Shown piece by piece: positions 1-8,358 of a stretch of DNA of 52,159 bases. The stretch is from NCBI GenBank assembly GCA_964485645.1, contig CAZAMA010000007.1:1-52159 (forward strand). Reading direction: 5' to 3'. Every line of letters begins with the position of its first letter. Within the stretch, counting starts at the first letter, position 1. The stretch is from an uncultured Acidimicrobiaceae bacterium. Its GTDB lineage: Bacteria; Actinomycetota; Acidimicrobiia; Acidimicrobiales; Bog-793. The notes beneath the pieces are model-generated. The model saw only the letters and a list, made by a program, of their open reading frames with translations, had not been told where the DNA came from and ran no database searches. Made by a program: the position numbers and the translations under genes.

Positions 1-384
1 CAGCAAACGACGACCAGTGCGTCCAAATCCGAGCAGACGACGACCCTCCCCCCGACCACCACCACGACTCTTCCGACGACGACGAGCCGCCCCACGTCGT
101 CCTCCCCAGTTGCGCCCGCGGCCGGAAGCGCGCCCGGACTTGTGTCGATCACCCCGTCGCAGGGCAGAGCCGGTGTCGTCGTCGTCGTCCGCGGCAGGAA
201 CTTCTTCAGCGCGAACGGGCTCGTCCTCGCGCGCGTGAACGGCCAGCCTACGCAGACTCGCTGTCCTTCGCAGACGTCTTGCCTCGTGACCATACCCAAG
301 ATCTCAGGCGGGCCATCTCGGGTGACGGTCACGATCACCACCGAGAGCGGAACCTCGAACTCGGTACCATTCAAGTACATATGA
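1..384 (+). CDS. C-terminal part of a secreted/surface protein: Thr/Pro-rich linker followed by an IPT/TIG-like beta-sandwich domain (5' end outside window)
   Basis: Frame 1 is open from base 1 (QQTTTSASKSEQTTTLPPTTTTTLPTTTSRPTSSSPVAPAAGSAPGLVSITPSQG...). The tail LVSITPSQGRAGVVVVVRGRNF...VTVTITTESGTSNSVPFKY fits the IPT/TIG pattern. The ORF track shows only the internal-Met part, 142..384. Confidence 0.55.
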   Translation, partial: QQTTTSASKSEQTTTLPPTTTTTLPTTTSRPTSSSPVAPAAGSAPGLVSITPSQGRAGVVVVVRGRNFFSANGLVLARVNGQPTQTRCPSQTSCLVTIPKISGGPSRVTVTITTESGTSNSVPFKYI

Positions 385-428
385 GCCCATCTCCAACCCA
401 GCCGCCATCTTGGTACCTGTGGTCGAGG

Positions 429-470
429 CGGTCCGCCTCCCGGCGGGCCGAGAGGTGCCGCGGCGGACCG
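429..470. terminator. Possible bidirectional hairpin between convergent genes
   Basis: CGGTCCGCC (429-437) is the reverse complement of GGCGGACCG (462-470), giving a 9-bp GC-rich stem. The loop is long (24 nt) and there is no clear U-tract. Confidence 0.3.
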
Positions 471-481
471 GCTCCTGCCAG

Positions 482-1345
482 CTAGGCGTCTCGGCGGCTC
501 AGCACGGTGGCTCCGATCGCGAGGAGCGCGAGGGTGTACGAGCACAAGATCAAGAAACCCACCCACGGTGAGAACAGGACAGCGCCGCCAAAGTCCGAGA
601 CGGCTGGTCGCGTGGCGGTCATGTTCTCGGCGATCACGAGCGGCAAGTACTTGATGACTCCGTGTTGGAACGAGACGGGGAACGCCTGCAGGATCAGCGG
701 CAAGACCAGCATCACACCGACGTAGGCGGCGATCGCCCCAGCGGTGTGGCGGATGATCGTGGCGAGGGCGAGCGCGAACAACCCGACGAGGGTGAGGACG
801 AGGCCCGCCCCTGCGACGGCTCGGAGCACGCCGGGTTGCCCGAGAGACGCATAGGGCGTCGTGCCCTTGAGCAGCTCCTGGCCGAGCAGGAAGGCTGCGA
901 AGGTGATGACCTCGCTCGTGACAAGAGCTACGGCGCCGAACACGAGCGCTTTGCAGGCGAGGACGAGCGGGCGGTTCGGGGCAGCGGCCAGCGTTGAGCG
1001 GATCGTGCCCGTGCTGTATTCGGCGCTCATCGTGAGAACTCCGAGCACTCCGATCGATATCTGTCCGAGGAACAGCCCGGCAAGGCTGCGCGCGGTGGGA
1101 TCGAACCCGATCTGGTCCGCGATGCCACCGCTGCGCCAGTGCGCCGCCGTCACCGCCGTAGCCACAGCGCCGATGCCGACCACGGCCGCGACCGTGACGA
1201 CGAGCGTCCAGATCGTCGAACGGACCGTGCGGAGCTTTGTCCACTCCGACTCGATCAGCTGGAGCGGCCCATAGTGGCCCGGTGGCGCGTTGCCTCGTCC
1301 CGCCCACCGATCGTCTCCGCGAACGCCCGTCTCGGCGATCGTCAC
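482..1345 (-). CDS. ABC-2 type transporter permease
   Basis: About six hydrophobic spans. The start overlaps the stop of the upstream ATPase gene (GTGA), which is typical ABC-2 operon architecture. Confidence 0.8.
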   Translation of the reverse strand: MTIAETGVRGDDRWAGRGNAPPGHYGPLQLIESEWTKLRTVRSTIWTLVVTVAAVVGIGAVATAVTAAHWRSGGIADQIGFDPTARSLAGLFLGQISIGVLGVLTMSAEYSTGTIRSTLAAAPNRPLVLACKALVFGAVALVTSEVITFAAFLLGQELLKGTTPYASLGQPGVLRAVAGAGLVLTLVGLFALALATIIRHTAGAIAAYVGVMLVLPLILQAFPVSFQHGVIKYLPLVIAENMTATRPAVSDFGGAVLFSPWVGFLILCSYTLALLAIGATVLSRRDA

Positions 1346-2259
1346 GACTCGCCGGACCTTGTTCCGCGATACTCCACGCTCTCGTCGGTCAGCTCCATGA
1401 ACGCCTCCTCCAGCGAAGCCGTCTGTGGGCTCAGCTCATGGAGCGCGAAGCCCCGCGCGGCGGCAAGGTCGCCGATGTCGGCCGCGTTCAGTCCGCTGAC
1501 TTCGAGCGCTCCGTCTCCCATCCTCTCGATCTGACCGCCGGAGCTCACGAGCACGGCGGCGAGGGCGTCTGACTGCGGCGAGCGCACCTTGACGTGGCTG
1601 TTGGAGCTGGCCCCGAGAAAGTCCGCGATCGTCGCTTCGGCGATGAGGCGGCCCTTTCCGATGACGACGACGTGATCGGCCGTCACCGCCATCTCGCTCA
1701 TGAGGTGGCTCGACACGAGGACCGTCCGGCCCTCGGACGCAAGGTGCTTGAGCAGGAGGCGAACCCAGCGGATGCCTTCAGGATCGAGCCCGTTCACGGG
1801 TTCGTCGAAGAGGAGCACGCCTGGGTCTCCGAGCAGGGCGGCGGCGATGCCAAGTCGCTGACCCATTCCGAGCGAGAAGGTCCCCGCACGCTTACGCGCG
1901 ACGCCCGTGAGACCGACGAGCTCGAGCACCTCGGCGATGCGTGCTCTCGAGATACCGTTCGTCTGGGCTAGAGCGAGCAGGTGGTTGTAGGCGGTCCGCC
2001 CGGGGTGGACGGACTTCGCCTCGAGCAGGCCGCCGACCTCGCGCAGCGGCCAGGGGAGGTCGCCGTAGCGGCGTCCGGCGACTGTCACGTGGCCACCGCC
2101 TGGCCGATCGAGGCCCAGGATCATGCGCATGGTCGTCGACTTGCCCGAGCCGTTGGGCCCGAGAAAGCCGGTCACCATGCCGGGCTTGACATCGAAGGAG
2201 AGGTGGTCGACAGCCACGGTCGAGCCGTACTGCTTGGTCAGATCCCGGACTTCGATCAA
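1342..2259 (-). CDS. ABC transporter ATP-binding protein (ABC-2/DrrA-like)
   Basis: Walker A GPNGSGKST, signature FSLGMGQRL, Walker B LLLFDEPVNGLD, and a C-terminal accessory domain. Confidence 0.9.
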   Translation of the reverse strand: MIEVRDLTKQYGSTVAVDHLSFDVKPGMVTGFLGPNGSGKSTTMRMILGLDRPGGGHVTVAGRRYGDLPWPLREVGGLLEAKSVHPGRTAYNHLLALAQTNGISRARIAEVLELVGLTGVARKRAGTFSLGMGQRLGIAAALLGDPGVLLFDEPVNGLDPEGIRWVRLLLKHLASEGRTVLVSSHLMSEMAVTADHVVVIGKGRLIAEATIADFLGASSNSHVKVRSPQSDALAAVLVSSGGQIERMGDGALEVSGLNAADIGDLAAARGFALHELSPQTASLEEAFMELTDESVEYRGTRSGES

Positions 2260-2278
2260 AAGCGTCTCCGATTCGAGC

Positions 2279-3064
2279 TCATGCGCCCTTTATCGCCTGC
2301 GAGGCAACCGCCGTCCCACCGCCCCGGGTCGCCTCGTCTGCGCCTTCGCCGCCCAGGTTCGCCGCGTCTGCCGTCCGTCCGACTGGCGTGTGGCCCGGTG
2401 GCGGCTCGATCGCAGCCTTGGCCGCGGCCTCGAAGGCCTCCGTTGCTTGCGACATCGCCTGGTCGTTGGCTACGAGCGTCTCCTGTAGTCTCTCGGCACG
2501 ACGGCGCGAAGCCTCGGAGAGCGCCCCCTCGTAGTTGGTCACCGCTTCGCGCAGAGCCGCCGCGCGGGCGGTTCCGGCCGAGAAGATCGCGTCGGCACGG
2601 GCCTGACCTGCAGTCCGGATCGCTTCGGCGCGGGCAATCGCGCTCGCGGCCGCAATCTCCGCCGCGCGCAGCGCTTCCTGGTGCGCCTTGTCGGCAGCCG
2701 CGAGCTCGTCCTGGTATGCCTGCTCGACGGCGCGCGCCGCTGTCTCCTCGGCTCGCTTCAGCAGCTCCCCGTAGCGTGCCTCTGCAGTGCGCATCGCGGC
2801 AGCCCTCGTGTTCTCGGCTGCCCTGAGGGACTCGTCGTGCTCCTTGGTGAGCTGCCGAAGCGCCTCGGCTCGCTCGATCGAAGCGGACCTGATGATGTTG
2901 GCTCTCTTGACGGTCGCCGCCTTCACCCGCTCAGCTCGCGCGAGCTCGGCCTCGGCGGCCTCCTCCGACGCGCTCAAGGCTTCCTCGCGCGCTTGGTCGG
3001 CTGCGCGCATGGCCTCGTCTTCGGTCCCGTGCCCCGTGTCGAGACGCACTACGTTGCTTCTCAT
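2279..3064 (-). CDS. Ala/Glu/Arg-rich predicted coiled-coil protein, function unknown
   Basis: 261-aa ORF with strong GC3 bias lying 19 nt upstream of the ABC ATPase gene. Low-complexity helical repeats (AEA/RAAE/ARA). No family recognised. Confidence 0.55.
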   Translation of the reverse strand: MRSNVVRLDTGHGTEDEAMRAADQAREEALSASEEAAEAELARAERVKAATVKRANIIRSASIERAEALRQLTKEHDESLRAAENTRAAAMRTAEARYGELLKRAEETAARAVEQAYQDELAAADKAHQEALRAAEIAAASAIARAEAIRTAGQARADAIFSAGTARAAALREAVTNYEGALSEASRRRAERLQETLVANDQAMSQATEAFEAAAKAAIEPPPGHTPVGRTADAANLGGEGADEATRGGGTAVASQAIKGA

Positions 3065-3160
3065 CTCGATCCTCCTTCTAGGCCCGCAGGCCCCGGCTGG
3101 GGACAGTGACGTCCCACCTCAAGCTTTGCACCGATATCTCAGCCCAGCTGGACGGATCTC

Positions 3161-3649
3161 TCAAGCTGGCCCGTCCTCTGGCTGCCTCGACGGCTCTGCA
3201 GCGGCGCCTGCGGGTGCCGGGAGGTCCTCAGCTGCCCGCCAGCCGACGCCGAGTCGCCGGCGGATTTGCAGAATTCTCAAGGAGGCAGCGACCGCGGACA
3301 AAAGGACGCCTCCGAGGGCCGCGAAGACCAGCGCAGCGCCGAGAGGTATGGCGCCGCTGGCGCTGAAGAACGACACCCTTACCGATCGTGTGTTCTGGAG
3401 AACGAACACGAGCAGGAGCGCGAGCACGATCGCGCCCACGACCACGCCGACCCACACTCCGGAGATCCTCGTCGGCGCCGTGGCACGGGGCCGACGGACT
3501 CGCCGCGCTCGAGGCGCCCTTGCGGGGGGAGCATCTGCAACCTCGGGGCTCTCGGGCGGATCTGCACCTGCAGCAGTGGGGGGATCGCTCAAAATGGGCT
3601 CCTGGCTCCCGTCTTCAGCCGTCCAAGACCGTGGCACGGCGATCGACAA
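3161..3649 (-). CDS. LapA-domain (DUF1049-like) membrane protein with a Pro/Ala/Glu-rich N-terminus
   Basis: Two TM helices flank the LQNTRSVRVSFF motif characteristic of LapA_dom proteins. Confidence 0.6.
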   Translation of the reverse strand: MSIAVPRSWTAEDGSQEPILSDPPTAAGADPPESPEVADAPPARAPRARRVRRPRATAPTRISGVWVGVVVGAIVLALLLVFVLQNTRSVRVSFFSASGAIPLGAALVFAALGGVLLSAVAASLRILQIRRRLGVGWRAAEDLPAPAGAAAEPSRQPEDGPA

Positions 3650-3731
3650 GGGGAGATGGTGAACCTGCTTCAGATCGCCCTGACAGCTCTGTGCTCATCG
3701 GCCGGCCCTTCGTCAAGCCTGACAACTCCGT

Positions 3732-3765
3732 GTCCTCAAGTTGCGGGTCCTCAAGTTGCGGGTCC
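3732..3765. repeat. 15-nt tandem duplication (GTCCTCAAGTTGCGG x2 plus a 4-nt partial copy)
   Basis: Read directly: 3732-3746 is identical to 3747-3761, then GTCC. Intergenic, just 3' of the stop of the 3775..5355 gene. Confidence 0.8.
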
Positions 3766-3774
3766 GTTTCGAGA

Positions 3775-5355
3775 CTAGCGCCGCTGGCTTTCAGCTCTGA
3801 CGCGTATCACGTCCCGGTCGGTGACGATGACGTCGACAGTGACATCGTCGGTCGTCGTGGGCACGTGCTCGACCACTTGCTCGGCAAAGCCGATCGCGAC
3901 GAGAGCGGGTCTTGCCGGGAGCCGCCGGAGGAACCTGTCATAATATCCGCCTCCGTAGCCAAGACGGGCGCCGTGGCGGTCGAAGGCAAGTCCCGGGAGG
4001 ATCACGGCATCGATAGAGCTCGTTTCGAGGTGCCGGCGGAGCCGGGGCTCGCGCGGGCCGTAGCTCGTCGGTTCGAGCTGCTCGCCGCTGCGGTGAGCTG
4101 CGACCCGCATCTCGCCTGCCTCCAGGTAGGGGAGGAGCACCTGGACACCGTCTGCCTCCAGCTGCGCGAGGAGCTCGGCGGTAGGGACTTCGGTGCCGAA
4201 GGAAGCGAAGGCAAGCACAGTGCGTGCGGAGCCGATCTCGGGGAGGGAGAGCACAGATGAGACGATGCGCGCGGCCGCGTTCGTCCTCTCGGCTGGAGGG
4301 ATCTCCCGGCGAGTCTTGCGCATCGCTGCCCGCAACATGTCCTTGGTGGCGCGCGACGACCTGTGCGACGACTGGCGGGCAAGTGCTGCCACGTGGTCGA
4401 CCGCTTCTCGCGTCACTGCCGCGAAAGCCGTGCCGGCAGTGACCGGCGCGTCGTGGTCACCTTCCACCTCGAACACCTCTGCCTGCAGGGCATCTGCCAA
4501 GGCTCGCTGCTTGGAGGGAGACACGAGCCGGTCGGCCGTCGTCACCACGACGGCAGCGGGAAGGCCCAGGGTTGGGGCCCAACCTCGCGCGTCGTAGGTG
4601 CTGAGAGCCCTGCCCGCCTCGACGATTCCGCGGACGTCGCTGCGGCTGATCTCGGCCGCCAGCCATGCCCGGTACTGCTCGATGGAAGGCTCTTTTTCGA
4701 CGACCTCACGAAGCGCACGCTGCAGGACGCCGCCACCAGATCCGGCGCGCAGGCCCGCTTCGACGATGTTGAGGCTCCGCCAAAGAGCGCGCTCTCGCAG
4801 AGCCTCCTTGAACTCGAGGGAGGTGGACTGAAGCACGAGCCCCCTGCACTGCTGAGAATGCCGCTGTGCCAACAAGAGCGCGATGGGGCCTCCCATCGAG
4901 TACCCGACGACGATCGCGTCGTCGAGATCCGGCTCGTGGAGCAGCGCGGCCGCGTCGTCTGCGCAGTCCTCCAGGGTGAAGGTGACCTTGGACCGGAGCC
5001 CCCGCCCGTGACCACGGTGGTCAAGGGCCAGCACGCGATAGCTCTGCTCGAGGCTCGGGTAGACGCGGAAGAAGTTGGTATCGGCGCTCGCTCCCCAGCC
5101 GTGCAGCAGCAGCACTGCCGGCAGCTTGCTCCCTGTGTCGCGGACGAACAGCTCGCCCACTCCTGTGACCGAGATCACGCGGCCCGGTGGCAGCGGCGGC
5201 GGCAAGGGAGGAGATGGCGATAGGTGCAGAGGGCGGGTGAAGTCGCGCAGGCGGCGGACCTCTTGACGTATCGACGGGTTGAGCGCGATCGCACCGACGG
5301 TCGCCGCCGCGGCGGTCCCGAGTCCGGCCGCGATTTTCCGGCCCTGAGTGCTCAC
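3775..5355 (-). CDS. Fusion protein: N-terminal alpha/beta-hydrolase, C-terminal 5-formyltetrahydrofolate cyclo-ligase (MTHFS)
   Basis: N-terminal half: HGWG oxyanion region and GYSMGG nucleophile elbow. C-terminal part from about residue 340: LAFASFGTEV...PGLAFDRHGARLGYGGGYYDR, typical of MTHFS. It is a single uninterrupted 526-aa frame. Confidence 0.75.
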   Translation of the reverse strand: MSTQGRKIAAGLGTAAAATVGAIALNPSIRQEVRRLRDFTRPLHLSPSPPLPPPLPPGRVISVTGVGELFVRDTGSKLPAVLLLHGWGASADTNFFRVYPSLEQSYRVLALDHRGHGRGLRSKVTFTLEDCADDAAALLHEPDLDDAIVVGYSMGGPIALLLAQRHSQQCRGLVLQSTSLEFKEALRERALWRSLNIVEAGLRAGSGGGVLQRALREVVEKEPSIEQYRAWLAAEISRSDVRGIVEAGRALSTYDARGWAPTLGLPAAVVVTTADRLVSPSKQRALADALQAEVFEVEGDHDAPVTAGTAFAAVTREAVDHVAALARQSSHRSSRATKDMLRAAMRKTRREIPPAERTNAAARIVSSVLSLPEIGSARTVLAFASFGTEVPTAELLAQLEADGVQVLLPYLEAGEMRVAAHRSGEQLEPTSYGPREPRLRRHLETSSIDAVILPGLAFDRHGARLGYGGGYYDRFLRRLPARPALVAIGFAEQVVEHVPTTTDDVTVDVIVTDRDVIRVRAESQRR

Positions 5356-5451
5356 CGAGCGACCTCCTTTGCGTGATATGGCTCAGAGTAGGGCCACCGG
5401 GCCGCTCGACTCCCAACGCGACCGCTCCGGCGCCCGGGAGCGTTGTATAAA

Positions 5452-5464
5452 TGACTAACAGTCA
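5452..5464. promoter_or_regulatory. Perfect 5-3-5 palindrome TGACTaacAGTCA (candidate operator, copy 1)
   Basis: Read directly. Lies in the low-GC divergent intergenic region 5356-5578. Confidence 0.4.
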
Positions 5465-5498
5465 GTCAGTTACTTCGCTCCTTGCTGCCCGCAGATAC

Positions 5499-5527
5499 TT
5501 GACTCGTCGTCTGAATCTCGTCACACT
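5499..5527 (+). promoter_or_regulatory. Possible sigma-70-type promoter (TTGACT - 17 nt - CACACT) for the downstream flavoprotein gene
   Basis: Good -35 hexamer at 5499-5504. Weak -10-like hexamer at 5522-5527 after a 17-nt spacer. Confidence 0.3.
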
Positions 5528-5559
5528 CACCGTGACAGAGCAGAGTTGAAGCTTATACA

Positions 5560-5572
5560 TGACTGGAAGTCA
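5560..5572. promoter_or_regulatory. Perfect 5-3-5 palindrome TGACTggaAGTCA (candidate operator, copy 2)
   Basis: Same arms as copy 1, 108 nt downstream, just 5' of the GTG at 5579. Confidence 0.4.
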
Positions 5573-5578
5573 AGCTTA

Positions 5579-7189
5579 GTGAACAGCAGCCGCAATTGGG
5601 ATGTGATCGTGGTCGGTGGCGGCCACAATGGCCTTACGGCCGGTGCGATGCTCGCCGGAGCCGGGCTGTCCACCCTCGTGCTGGAGAGCCGCGACATTGT
5701 CGGTGGCTGCTGTGTCACCGAGGAGATAGCGCCCCACTGCCGCGCGTCGACGACCTCCTACATCGCGAGCATGCTCCGCCCCGAGGTGATCAAGGCACTC
5801 TCGCTCGGTCGGCACGGTCTGGCGATGGTGCCTTGCGAGCCCGCGCTGCAGGTGGCACTGGAGGGCGGCCGAGTCGTAGCCCATTGGAACGAGCCCGCAC
5901 GGACCGCGGCCGAGCTTCAGCCCTACTCGCCCCGCGACGCACGTGCTTTCGTCGCGGCCGACGAGCAGCTGCGCCACCTCGCGAAGCGTCTGCAGCCGCT
6001 TTTCATGGAACCGCCGCCCGACACAAGATCGCGATCGCTCTCGGGGTATCGGGAGTTGTTTCGCCTCGCTTTCAAGCTTCGAGGAACCACCGGCAAAGAT
6101 GTCGAGGGCCTCACTGAGCTTCTCACGGGCAGCCTCGGGCATTTCATCGACAGCCACTTCGAGTCCGAGGAGGCAAGGGCCCTCATGCTCGCCAACAACC
6201 TTTACGGCAAGCACGGCGGACCCTACCAACCCGGCACTCTCGTCGGACTTGCGTTCCACCTCCTCACCGGGGGCGAAGAGAACCTCCAGGGCTTCTTCGG
6301 GCATGTGATGGGCGGGATGGGCGCCATCGCCAACGCGATCGCGTCGTCGGGCCGGAGCCGAGGGATGGAGATCCGAACCGGCACCGCCGTCGAACGGGTC
6401 ATGGTCAAGTCTGGGCGAGCCCATGGCGTGGCTCTGTCCGATGGGACCGAGCTGAGCGCGAGGACCGTGCTCTCGGGCGTCGACCCGAAGCGAACCTTTC
6501 TCCGACTGCTTGACAAATCGGAGCTTCCCGACGACTTCCGTGCCGCCGTCGCAGGGATCAAGATGGACGGTCCCTGCGCGAAGGTGAACCTCGTCCTTGA
6601 CGCCGAGCCAACCGTCACAGGCATGCCCAGCGATGCCAGCCCCGGCCGGCGCGCGCTGTTCACGCTGCCCCCGAGCCTCGCGGTGGCAGACGCCTGCTAC
6701 GACCGGTCCAAGCGCGGGGAGCTCCCCGACGCCGAGCAGCTGTTCATCGACTGCGTGGTCGCGTCGAACGTGGACGACTCCCTCGCGCCGCCCGGTCGCC
6801 ACGTCATGACGTGCTTCGTCCAGTACGTGCCCTACAGACTTGCTGTCGGGACCTGGGACGACTGGCGCGAGGAGCTCGGTGACCGCGTCGTCGGCCGTAT
6901 CGGGCACTTTGCCCCCAACGTGCCCGCGGCCGTCGTCGCGCGTCAGGTGCTCACGCCCCTCGATCTCGAGCGTGAGTACGGGCTGAGCGAGGGCAACATC
7001 TTCCACGGCGACGTTGCCTCCGATCAGCTGTTCCATATGCGGCCGGTGCCGGGTTGGGCGCGCTACGCGACGCCCGTCGCAGGGCTCTATCTCTGCGGCG
7101 CCGGTGCTCATCCCGGCGGCGGCGTCACGGGAGCACCGGGCTACAACGCCGCCAGGCGGGTCATGGCGGACAGGAAGGCGGCGAGATGA
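5579..7189 (+). CDS. Phytoene-desaturase-family (CrtI-like) NAD(P)/FAD-dependent oxidoreductase
   Basis: N-terminal dinucleotide fold WDVIVVGGGHNGLTAGAMLAGAG and C-terminal GLYLCGAGAHPGGGVTGAPG. The ORF track starts at TTG 5546. I prefer GTG 5579 because the palindrome at 5560-5572 would otherwise fall inside the ORF. Confidence 0.8.
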   Translation: MNSSRNWDVIVVGGGHNGLTAGAMLAGAGLSTLVLESRDIVGGCCVTEEIAPHCRASTTSYIASMLRPEVIKALSLGRHGLAMVPCEPALQVALEGGRVVAHWNEPARTAAELQPYSPRDARAFVAADEQLRHLAKRLQPLFMEPPPDTRSRSLSGYRELFRLAFKLRGTTGKDVEGLTELLTGSLGHFIDSHFESEEARALMLANNLYGKHGGPYQPGTLVGLAFHLLTGGEENLQGFFGHVMGGMGAIANAIASSGRSRGMEIRTGTAVERVMVKSGRAHGVALSDGTELSARTVLSGVDPKRTFLRLLDKSELPDDFRAAVAGIKMDGPCAKVNLVLDAEPTVTGMPSDASPGRRALFTLPPSLAVADACYDRSKRGELPDAEQLFIDCVVASNVDDSLAPPGRHVMTCFVQYVPYRLAVGTWDDWREELGDRVVGRIGHFAPNVPAAVVARQVLTPLDLEREYGLSEGNIFHGDVASDQLFHMRPVPGWARYATPVAGLYLCGAGAHPGGGVTGAPGYNAARRVMADRKAAR

Positions 7190-8346
7190 GCGCGGATGTG
7201 ATAGTCGTCGGGGCCGGCGTCATCGGCGCCGCGACGGCCTTTCACCTGAGCCTACTCGGGGCCGGCGACGTGCTCGTCCTTGACCGGGACCACGTGGGAT
7301 CGGGGATGAGCAGTCGATCTTCGGCACTTGTGCGGATGCACTACACCTTTGGTCCCGAGGTAGAGCTTGCGGTGCGGAGCGACCAGATGTTCGACGGCTG
7401 GCCAGAGCTCGTCGGTGCGCCCCACTGCGTCCGCCGTACCGGATTCGCCCGGATCGTGCTGCCCGGCGAGGAACCACAGCTCCGGGCCAATGTCGCGATG
7501 CAGCAAGCTCTCGGCGCCAAGGTCGAGCTCGTCGACGGGGTCACGTTGGCGGAGATGGCGCCAGGGCTCTCAGCCGACGGCGTGACCTTGGCTGCGTGGG
7601 AGCAGCACGGGGGTTACGGCGACGGGTCAGTTGCCGCGGGCGACATGCTCGAGGCCGCGCGCCGCGGGGGTGTCGGCTACCGGCCCCGCAGCGCGGTGCG
7701 GTCGGTTCTCGTCAAGGGCGACCGGGTGATCGGAGTCGAGACGGACGCGGGAGCCGAGCTCGCGGGCACGGTCGTGCTGGCCGCGGGCGTGTGGTCGCCG
7801 CCACTTCTTGCCGGGATCGGTTTGCGGCTACCGATCCAAGCCGAGTTGCACCACGTTGCCGTGCTCAAGCACGAAGCCGGGCTTGGTGCCCCGGTTGCCT
7901 GCATCGACTCGACTACCCAGACTTACTTCCGCCCCGAGGGCTCGCGGGAGACGACGCTCGTCGGCGCCTTCACCGGCTCACCGATAGACCAGCCCGACAG
8001 CGCTCCCCCAAGCCCGGATCCAGAACAGCTTGCCGCTGTAGCGGCCAGCGCTTCACGCCGGGTCCCCTCATTGGCAGATGCCGGTATCGCCGGCGGAGTG
8101 GTCGGCGTCTACGACATGACACCTGACGCACGGCCCTTGCTCGGCATCGTTCCCGGTCTGGACGGCCTCGTCGTTGCCGCGGGCTTCTCGGGGATGGGCT
8201 TCAAGATATCGCCGGCCGTCGGGGAGGCTCTCGCCGAGCTCGTGACGACCGGCGGCTCCACGAGAGTCGACCTGAGCCCGTTTCGCCCGAGCCGCTTCGA
8301 CGACGGAGAGCCAATCTCCTCACCGTTTCCCTACTCCGACGACTGA
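7186..8346 (+). CDS. FAD-dependent oxidoreductase (DAO / sarcosine-oxidase-beta-like)
   Basis: MSADVIVVGAGVIGAATAFHL GxGxxG fold. The ATG at 7186 overlaps the upstream stop (ATGA). The upstream part of ORF 7054..8346 overlaps the preceding gene and is Arg-rich. Confidence 0.85.
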   Translation: MSADVIVVGAGVIGAATAFHLSLLGAGDVLVLDRDHVGSGMSSRSSALVRMHYTFGPEVELAVRSDQMFDGWPELVGAPHCVRRTGFARIVLPGEEPQLRANVAMQQALGAKVELVDGVTLAEMAPGLSADGVTLAAWEQHGGYGDGSVAAGDMLEAARRGGVGYRPRSAVRSVLVKGDRVIGVETDAGAELAGTVVLAAGVWSPPLLAGIGLRLPIQAELHHVAVLKHEAGLGAPVACIDSTTQTYFRPEGSRETTLVGAFTGSPIDQPDSAPPSPDPEQLAAVAASASRRVPSLADAGIAGGVVGVYDMTPDARPLLGIVPGLDGLVVAAGFSGMGFKISPAVGEALAELVTTGGSTRVDLSPFRPSRFDDGEPISSPFPYSDD

Positions 8347-8358
8347 GAAGAGCGCTCT

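Noticed and set aside
1981-2826. 281-aa plus-strand ORF rich in Arg/Pro/Ser, plus other overlapping ORFs in 1..3700 such as 17..238, 2787..3662 and 3388..4260.
   Set aside because: They are low-complexity Arg/Pro frames antisense to, or out of frame with, well-supported genes (ABC ATPase, coiled-coil ORF, LapA-like). They have no motifs.
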